Assembly: GCA_046290225.1 (NCBI GenBank)
Contig: JBKAGE010000065.1
Coordinates: 1 to 43,747 of the forward strand
Length of the DNA: 43,747 bases
DNA from: Bradymonadia bacterium
GTDB lineage: Bacteria > Myxococcota_A > Bradymonadia > UBA7976 > UBA1532
Direction: 5' to 3'
Shown here: one piece after another, positions 37,321 to 43,747 of the stretch
Position numbering within the stretch: the stretch's first letter is position 1
Layout of the letters: each line of letters begins with the position of its first letter
Made by a program: the position numbers and the translations under genes
Notes under the pieces: generated by a model
Database searches by the model: none
Seen by the model: the letters and a program-made list of their open reading frames with translations, nothing else
Told to the model about the DNA's origin: nothing

Positions 37321-37340
37321 TTGTTGACTTTGGTCAATAA
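37321..37340. promoter_or_regulatory. palindromic operator, TTGAC-N4-GTCAA
   Basis: TTGTTGAC-TTTG-GTCAATAA between divergent genes. Confidence 0.45.
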
Positions 37341-37446
37341 AGCCCGTTTGTGCCGGGTGTCAACAAGTAAAATTTTGCGATGCACCACAACTCAACTGCT
37401 CAGGGGTTTCATGCATGGGGCAGTCAATGTGGCATCATGGCATGCC

Positions 37447-38955
37447 ATGACATCTGCCATACCCACGACTGAGCGCTGGCACAGCGCTGATCCCGACCCC
37501 GAGCGTGCCTGTGTGCTGGCTTTGTTGCAGCGCTACGGATGGTCGGCCACCTCATTTCAGATCCTCGAGCCAGGTTTTCAGTACTGGTTCGACGGTGACA
37601 CCCCCGAAGACGCCACAGGTGTGGTGGCATACGTCGACGCGCCAGGCCACCGGGTGGTGGCAGGTCCTCCAGTGACCGATCCCGACGACCTCGGCGAGAC
37701 CACCCGACGCTTCGTCGAGGCCACTCGAGCAGAAGGGCGTCGGGCGGTGTTCTTTGCTGTAGAAGCCGACTTCATCGCCGTCCTCGAGGGCCTCGACCCG
37801 CCGCTGGCCCACGACGCCCTGCCCATCGCCGAGCAGCCGGAGTGGGCCCCTGCGGACTACACCCTTCAGGGCTCGAAGCGTCGCACGCTCCGTGCACAGG
37901 TGAACCGCGCGCGGAACAAAGGGGTGAGGGTGCGGCGGATCGAGCCAGAGGAGATCGCGCTGGCCCCTGGGCCACTGCGGGCTGAGATCGAGTCTGTTTT
38001 GTCGCGCTGGTTGGCGTCTCGGCGCATGAGCGTGATGCGCTTCATGGTCGACCTCGAGCCCTTCACGTTCCCTGAGGCCCGGCGGTACTACGTCGCCGAG
38101 CAAGGAGATCGCGCCGTGGGGTTTCTGGCGGCGATCCCGGTGTATCGACGCAAAGGCTGGTTCTTCGAGGATGTCATCCGGGTGCCCGAAGCGCCCAACG
38201 GCACCGCTGAGCTGCTGATTCACACGGCCATGGCTGATGCTGCAGAGCATGATGACTTGTATGTGACCCTCGGCATGGCGCCACTCGCCGGGGTGCCTCA
38301 GGATCCAGGGCCTCACCGTATGCTGAGGCGCACGCTCGGGTGGTGCTACCAGCGTCTGGGCCTGCTGTATCATTTCCCCGGCGTGCGGGCGTTCAAGGCC
38401 CGCTTTCACCCTGATGTGTGGGTGCAGCAATACATGGTGGCCTGTCCGCCAAAGGCCGGGGCGCGTTCGATTCATGCAGTGCTCTCGGCCTTCGCTGGTG
38501 GAGGCCTTGTGGCGTTTGGGCTCGACACCGCCCGGCGGCTGCTGGCCCGGCTCTCACTGGCGTGGTGGAGCTGGGCGCTCTACATGCTCGGAGTACTGTT
38601 GGTGCCCTGGACGCTGGTCCTGGCCCTCGCCGATGGCCGGCGATGGTTTGGCGATGTGTCGATCCAGTGGGCTTGGGTCATCTTCGATGCGGTGATGGTC
38701 TTCGCGCTTCTGGGGCTGGGGCGTCTGGTCAGACGCCGTCCGGGCCCTGCCCGACTGCTGGCGGTTTTCCTTGCGGGTGCCACCTGGACCGACTTCGTGC
38801 TCACCACAGTGCAGGCGTTTCACCTGCATCGGGCGGTCTCGGGGTGGTCGCTGGCCTTTGTGCTCGCGGGGATGAGTGGCCCACTGCTGGCCACGCTTCT
38901 GCTGCTGGTGATGGCCCTCGTTCTCCCCGCCCCCGTGCTTCGCCATCGCCCGTGA
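37447..38955 (+). CDS. DUF2156 (aminoacyl-phosphatidylglycerol synthase-type) domain protein with C-terminal TM helices
   Basis: Start moved to ATG 37447. VVAGPPV, LRAQVNRARNKG, APNGTAELLI, TLGMAPL and YHFPGVRAFKARF; about four hydrophobic helices at the C-terminus. Confidence 0.8.
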   Translation: MTSAIPTTERWHSADPDPERACVLALLQRYGWSATSFQILEPGFQYWFDGDTPEDATGVVAYVDAPGHRVVAGPPVTDPDDLGETTRRFVEATRAEGRRAVFFAVEADFIAVLEGLDPPLAHDALPIAEQPEWAPADYTLQGSKRRTLRAQVNRARNKGVRVRRIEPEEIALAPGPLRAEIESVLSRWLASRRMSVMRFMVDLEPFTFPEARRYYVAEQGDRAVGFLAAIPVYRRKGWFFEDVIRVPEAPNGTAELLIHTAMADAAEHDDLYVTLGMAPLAGVPQDPGPHRMLRRTLGWCYQRLGLLYHFPGVRAFKARFHPDVWVQQYMVACPPKAGARSIHAVLSAFAGGGLVAFGLDTARRLLARLSLAWWSWALYMLGVLLVPWTLVLALADGRRWFGDVSIQWAWVIFDAVMVFALLGLGRLVRRRPGPARLLAVFLAGATWTDFVLTTVQAFHLHRAVSGWSLAFVLAGMSGPLLATLLLLVMALVLPAPVLRHRP

Positions 38956-39013
38956 AGGTGAGCACCACTGCGCCATCTTCACGTGCAGGCATCCGACAAC
39001 ATCCATGAGATAA

Positions 39014-39027
39014 TTGATATGCATCAC
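39014..39027. promoter_or_regulatory. FNR-like box
   Basis: TTGAT-ATGC-ATCAC (1 mismatch to TTGAT-N4-ATCAA), about 110 bp upstream of the heme-c chemoreceptor. Confidence 0.4.
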
Positions 39028-39138
39028 ATTGATGTCGCCTCACCCTATTAAGGTATTTTGTCATGATGCACTCAAGAAGTGCCTTATCAATGTTCGATGT
39101 ATGCCCTGCGTGTCGTGGATCGCAGGCAGGGAATCTAT

Positions 39139-40902
39139 ATGTCGTGGAAAAACTCGATCAACGGGCGGCTCCTGCTGCCTGTACCGCTGTGCATTGCAGT
39201 CGCCATCATCGCCATCATCGCCATTGTGCCGGGCATGGTCGAGCGCAATGTCGAAGCCGACACCATCCGTGCGGCTCAAGAAACGGCGAACCAGTTCAAG
39301 GCGTTACGCGGGTACTACACCAAGAACGTCATCAAGAAGGTGCTCAAAAACGGAGGGCTGACGCCCACGTATGAGCACAAGACGATGGAGAACGGCATCC
39401 CTCTGCCAGCCACCGTGATTCACGAGGTGAGCCAGATCCTCGAGAAGAACGACGTGCGCATCAAGCTCTATAGTCCCTATCCATTCCCCAACCGCAAAGA
39501 TCGCACACTGGACGAGTTCCAGCAGGCGGCATGGACCTGGCTCAACGACAACCCCGACGGGGTCTACAGTCGCCGCGTCACGATGGACGGCAAAGAGCGT
39601 GTGCGCGTGGCCATCCCCGACAAGATGGTGGCCGAGGCGTGCGTCAATTGTCACAACACCCACCCGCTGACGCCCAAGACGGGCTGGGCCATGGGTGACA
39701 TTCGCGGGGTGCTCGAGGTGGACACGGTCATCGATGACTCTCTCGATGATGGTGCGGCGTTGAGCATGAGTCTGATCATCGGCGCCGTCGGTGGGGGTGG
39801 CCTGCTGTTGCTCGTTGGCTTCCTGGGTACGCGCAGCGTGACTGGGCCTCTCGGCCATCTGGCCCATGCCACTCAGTCTCTCGCGGATGGTGAGCTGCAC
39901 ATCGACATCCCCTACAACGAGAAAGACGACGAGCTGGGGCGCATGGCCATCGCTCTCAAGGTGTTTCAGCAGAATGCCATCGAGAAAAAGAATCTCGAGA
40001 TGATGCAGGGGCACCAACAAGAGCTTGCAGATGCTCGCCGTGCAGAGCTGCTCAACGAGATCGTTCATACATTTGAAGGCAGTGTGGGTCAGATCGCCTC
40101 AGAGCTGACGGGGGCTGCCCATGAGGTCAGACTCAAGTCAGAGGAGATGTCAGGTGCTGTGAAGGAGACCGCCGATAACTCTTCCATGGTGGCTCAGGCC
40201 TCTCAAAACGCCGCCACCGAGGTGGAGGTCGTGGCCACTGCCTCAGAGGCCCTGACCGACTCTACGCGCGCCATCGAGCAGCAAGTGAGCAACACCGGTG
40301 CTGTGGCACAAGATGCCGCACAGCAGGCGGACCAGGCCACTGAGCATGTCGGCGCACTCGCCGAAGCGGCTGATCAGATCGGCCAGGTCATCCAGTTGAT
40401 TCAGGACATTGCGGAGCAGACGAACCTGCTGGCGCTCAATGCCACCATCGAAGCCGCTCGGGCGGGTGAGGCCGGGAAGGGCTTTGCGGTCGTCGCCGAC
40501 GAGGTGAAGAACCTCGCCAGCCAGACCGCCAAGGCCACCGAAGACATCTCCAACCACGTGAATGGCATTCAGGGGGCCACATCCCAGGCAGTGGGGGCCA
40601 TCAGTGCCATCTCGCAGACCATCACTCGCTTCACCGAGATTGCCCAGAACATCAATACAGCGGTGGGCTTGCAGGAGCAGAACCTGCGCTCGATCAACGA
40701 GAGCGTGCACCACGCCGCCGGCGAGACCCGGCAGGTGACAGGCAAGATCATGAACGTGAGCGTAGCGGCTCAACAGGCTGGGGGTGCAGCAGGTGCCGTG
40801 CTGGACAGTGCGCAGCGTATGGAGCAGGCCGCCGAGCAGCTCAATGAACAGGTGGCGAGTTTCGTCTCTCAGGTGCGCAGCACAGGGAGCCAGCCGGGCT
40901 GA
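39139..40902 (+). CDS. methyl-accepting chemotaxis protein with periplasmic c-type heme (DUF3365-like) sensor
   Basis: Start ATG 39139. TM, then a sensor containing CVNCH, TM, HAMP (DELGRMA), and [34 protein letters not shown]. Confidence 0.92.
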   Translation: MSWKNSINGRLLLPVPLCIAVAIIAIIAIVPGMVERNVEADTIRAAQETANQFKALRGYYTKNVIKKVLKNGGLTPTYEHKTMENGIPLPATVIHEVSQILEKNDVRIKLYSPYPFPNRKDRTLDEFQQAAWTWLNDNPDGVYSRRVTMDGKERVRVAIPDKMVAEACVNCHNTHPLTPKTGWAMGDIRGVLEVDTVIDDSLDDGAALSMSLIIGAVGGGGLLLLVGFLGTRSVTGPLGHLAHATQSLADGELHIDIPYNEKDDELGRMAIALKVFQQNAIEKKNLEMMQGHQQELADARRAELLNEIVHTFEGSVGQIASELTGAAHEVRLKSEEMSGAVKETADNSSMVAQASQNAATEVEVVATASEALTDSTRAIEQQVSNTGAVAQDAAQQADQATEHVGALAEAADQIGQVIQLIQDIAEQTNLLALNATIEAARAGEAGKGFAVVADEVKNLASQTAKATEDISNHVNGIQGATSQAVGAISAISQTITRFTEIAQNINTAVGLQEQNLRSINESVHHAAGETRQVTGKIMNVSVAAQQAGGAAGAVLDSAQRMEQAAEQLNEQVASFVSQVRSTGSQPG

Positions 40903-41253
40903 TCAGCTGTGTGACCAGACGGCCAGCTCGTGGCCGCTGGGATCGGTGAAGTGAAAGCGTCGACCTCCAGGAAAGCTGAAGATCTCCTTACTGATCTGCC
41001 CACCCGCATCTTTCACGGCCATTTCACTCGCCTCCAAGTCATCAGAGTAGAGCACCACCAGGGGACCACCTGGGGTGACCTGCTCTGCTTGCCATAGACC
41101 CCCCATTTCTCCACCGCCGGGCTTCTGAATGCCCAGGTATGTCGGTGAGTACTCGGTGAACTGCCACCCAAAGGCCTCTTCATAGAAGCGCCGGGCCACA
41201 GCAATGTCGGTGGACGAAATCTCGATGTAGTCGATGGTGTGGTGTGTAGACAT
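40903..41253 (-). CDS. VOC/glyoxalase family protein
   Basis: IDYIEI...FYEEAFGW...FPGGRRFHFTDPSGHELAVWS. Confidence 0.9.
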   Translation of the reverse strand: MSTHHTIDYIEISSTDIAVARRFYEEAFGWQFTEYSPTYLGIQKPGGGEMGGLWQAEQVTPGGPLVVLYSDDLEASEMAVKDAGGQISKEIFSFPGGRRFHFTDPSGHELAVWSHS

Positions 41254-41300
41254 GAACTCTATGTGGGTGAGGGGTGTTGTGCGTCAGCTGCGCTCAGGCG

Positions 41301-42272
41301 TCAGCTGGCCTTGAGGGTGGGCATGCCGCCCTTGTTCGGATCAGCGCGGCCGGCCTCACGGGTACTCATGTAGGCCTGAATCCGCTGTTGCCCTGGGGGG
41401 GTGGACAAGAAGCCCAGCAGCTTCTGTCTTTGCTCTTCGGTCATCTTCGAGGGCATGGGCTTGCCCAGTGAAGCACAGAACTCGGCACAAGCCTCGAGGG
41501 TGACCCCGATGGCTGCGAGGGATTCGCCGAAGCCCGCCCGATCGAAGGGCTCGTCGGCGGGGTTCGACGAGAGCCACTGCAGCAGCTCGGTGGCGAGCTC
41601 GCTCCCAGGCTTGGCGAAGGTCTTGTTCTGCACGTCGGGGAACCGCGACTTCCAGATGTAGCCGTTGTTGTCGCTGTTCATGCGCATGATGATGTCGAAC
41701 TTGTAGTGCCCTTCTTTGCCAAAGTCGGCTTCGAGGCCCACGTTGATGGGCACCATCTTGCCCCGATCGTTCTTCTCCATGACCCACTCGGTCTTCAGGC
41801 GCAGCGTGACGATGACGTGCATCTGCACATCGTCGATGGTGTCGAGGAATCGCTTGAAGATGGGGCTGACTTCTTTCCAACCTGTGAAGTCATTGTTGCC
41901 GGATTTGTAGACGTCGACGAGCTCTTTGGCACCGCCGACACCGCTCCAGGCGAGAGAGCCCGAGTCGACGATGGCGACTTTGAAGCCACCAGCCTCGGCG
42001 GCCCTCAGGGCAGAGACATAATGGTCGGGGTGATTGTCGTAGAGCCGATAGGTGCTGAAGTCGAAGTAGTTGCGAAACTTCACGGCGCCGCCGTCGGAGT
42101 CGATGACGGCGATCTGAGACTCGGCGTCGCCCTCGACGAGACCCTGAGCGATGGCGAGGGAGGTCCAGGTCTTGCCTGCCCCAGGGCCCCCTTCGAGACC
42201 CATGCGCAAGAAAGCATCTTTGGATTTGGGGGGCGCAAAGCTGACGGTGAAATCCCGCAGTTTACGTGTCAT
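41301..42272 (-). CDS. AAA_24-family P-loop ATPase (phage Sak4-like)
   Basis: LRMGLEGGPGAGKT, IAVIDSD, Walker B AIVDS, W..V...F..F and HVIVTLRLK. Confidence 0.75.
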   Translation of the reverse strand: MTRKLRDFTVSFAPPKSKDAFLRMGLEGGPGAGKTWTSLAIAQGLVEGDAESQIAVIDSDGGAVKFRNYFDFSTYRLYDNHPDHYVSALRAAEAGGFKVAIVDSGSLAWSGVGGAKELVDVYKSGNNDFTGWKEVSPIFKRFLDTIDDVQMHVIVTLRLKTEWVMEKNDRGKMVPINVGLEADFGKEGHYKFDIIMRMNSDNNGYIWKSRFPDVQNKTFAKPGSELATELLQWLSSNPADEPFDRAGFGESLAAIGVTLEACAEFCASLGKPMPSKMTEEQRQKLLGFLSTPPGQQRIQAYMSTREAGRADPNKGGMPTLKAS

Positions 42273-42416
42273 GAGGTGCTCCTTGGGGCCGATGAGGGAT
42301 GTCTGATTTTAGTGCACGTGTGTTCAGTGTCAACGGCACTTCTTCGAAGCGCCTGAAGCACGCCGTGCGTTTCCGGTGTGAGGCCGCTATGCTGTCGAGC
42401 GCACGGAGGTGATGCA

Positions 42417-43502
42417 GTGAGCGAATGGACCACAGAGCCCGGCCAGCAGAAGCAATCTGGTACGTCTGATCGTCAAACCGCAGCTGATCAAGCGGCTGAC
42501 GCTCAACAACAACAGGCGCAGCAGGGTTATCTGCGGCAGATCTCCGAGAGTCAGCAAACACCCGCGGTGGAGAACCAGGGTCTCGCGAACTACGAAGAGT
42601 CGCTGGGCAAGTTCCTGGGCAAGCCGCTCTACAAGGCGGTCTCCAAGCAAATCACCCCCGAGAATGTCTACAAGCACGCCGAGCGGGCCATCGACAAGGG
42701 CATCAAGTACCTCGTTGAGCAGCTCGATGGGTACGACACTCAAGATCAGGTGCCCGACGCGGTCTTCGATCAGGTGAGCGCCGTGATCAAGCAGGAGGTT
42801 GATCCTGCGGTCGAGGCCTTCTTGAAAGAAGGCTACGGCAAAGAGATGGTGGAGAGCCTCGCGGGCTGGGTGGATCGAAACCCCCGCATGGTGGCCACCA
42901 TCGCGATTCTCGCCGCCATCGGCGCCATCCTGGCCAACGCCGACGTGCCCAAGCTGAAGACCAAGTTCAAGATCGCCGATGGCATCACCGCCCGTTTCTC
43001 GGCGAAGCTGGGACAGTTCCAGAACATCCACCTGGAAGAGGTCCGCGGTGAACTTCAGGCTCAGGGCACCATGGGCGACGTGAAGTACGATGCCCGGCTC
43101 TACGGTCAGTACACCGAGGAGCACGGCGAATCCATGGGTGGTAGCCTGCGCCTCGCAGACAAGGACGAGGCTTGGTGGCTGAAGGCCGGCGCCGAGCACG
43201 ATCACACTGGGCAGGCGATCGATCTCAGTGGCGGGTTCCAGCGTGGTGCCTGGTACGGTGGCGGTGAAGGTCGCTATCACACCGAAGAAGGCAAGTCCTG
43301 GGGCGCCCACCTGGGCTACAAGCCCACTGATCGTTTCAGCACCGAGATCAGGGGCTTCGAGGATCAGGCCCGAGGTAAAGGCGCAGAGGCGGTGGGCAAG
43401 TACCGCGGCGGCCGCAAGAGCAACTGGGCCGCAGAGTTCAGCGCTGGGCACAGCGAGAACATGGGCAACACCGTCAAGGCCGGCTTCAGCTGGAGCTTCT
43501 AG
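42417..43502 (+). CDS. hypothetical protein: Gln-rich/helical N-terminal half, beta-strand-rich C-terminal half
   Basis: GTG 42417 with RBS GGAGGT, strong GC3 bias, internal hydrophobic segment, ends KAGFSWSF. Confidence 0.7.
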   Translation: MSEWTTEPGQQKQSGTSDRQTAADQAADAQQQQAQQGYLRQISESQQTPAVENQGLANYEESLGKFLGKPLYKAVSKQITPENVYKHAERAIDKGIKYLVEQLDGYDTQDQVPDAVFDQVSAVIKQEVDPAVEAFLKEGYGKEMVESLAGWVDRNPRMVATIAILAAIGAILANADVPKLKTKFKIADGITARFSAKLGQFQNIHLEEVRGELQAQGTMGDVKYDARLYGQYTEEHGESMGGSLRLADKDEAWWLKAGAEHDHTGQAIDLSGGFQRGAWYGGGEGRYHTEEGKSWGAHLGYKPTDRFSTEIRGFEDQARGKGAEAVGKYRGGRKSNWAAEFSAGHSENMGNTVKAGFSWSF

Positions 43503-43665
43503 CTCCGGCGCTGCGGCGGCGCCAGCCGCCGTGACGCCGGCGATTTCCCGCCCAGCTACGACCTTTCCGTCCTCGGCGCAGCAGCGCTGCGCCTGCGGGT
43601 GAAAGCCCGCATCTGAACGAGAACTCACCGACCTCACGACGACTGTCGCCACCTCCGCGCCTCCG
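43502..43665 (-). repeat. 164-bp long-hairpin repeat, copy 2 (inverted relative to copy 1)
   Basis: Reverse complement aligns without gaps to 398-561; overlaps the last base of the upstream TAG. Confidence 0.9.
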
Positions 43666-43747
43666 GTACGTCAGGCCAAGCCTGTTTGAACATGTCAGAT
43701 GAAAGGTGCTGACCATGTGAATTGCTCGTTCGACATGTAGACCGCCA

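Noticed and set aside
398..43665. One giant transposon bounded by the inverted 164-bp copies
   Set aside because: The interior is housekeeping genes, there is no transposase, the copies differ by 15%, and each is tied to a local stop codon.

Overview
A high-GC bacterial chromosomal segment, probably Myxococcota/Deltaproteobacteria, inferred from MYXO-CTERM-like tails, MopE-type Cys repeats and a receiver-DUF4388-J fusion. It carries a housekeeping run (priA, def, fmt, rsmB, rpe, tRNA-Pro(CGG)), a FolE2-XRE fusion, metX-thrA/metL, mrp/apbC, c-di-GMP genes (GGDEF, stand-alone MshEN), a vWA surface protein, a PHB-depolymerase-like/lipoprotein/beta-barrel/hydrolase cluster, a heme-c chemoreceptor and an orphan phage-type AAA ATPase. 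The most striking signals are non-coding. The window starts in the 3' end (domains V and VI) of a group II intron. This abuts a 312-bp element with 35-bp terminal inverted repeats, which abuts a 164-bp rod-like hairpin. A second copy of that hairpin (about 85% identical, with compensatory changes) lies inverted at the far end of the window. A 436-bp mirror-symmetric array of CTGTAGCGGACG units with triloop mini-hairpins sits between thrA and folE2. All calls come from reading motifs by eye; no database searches were run.
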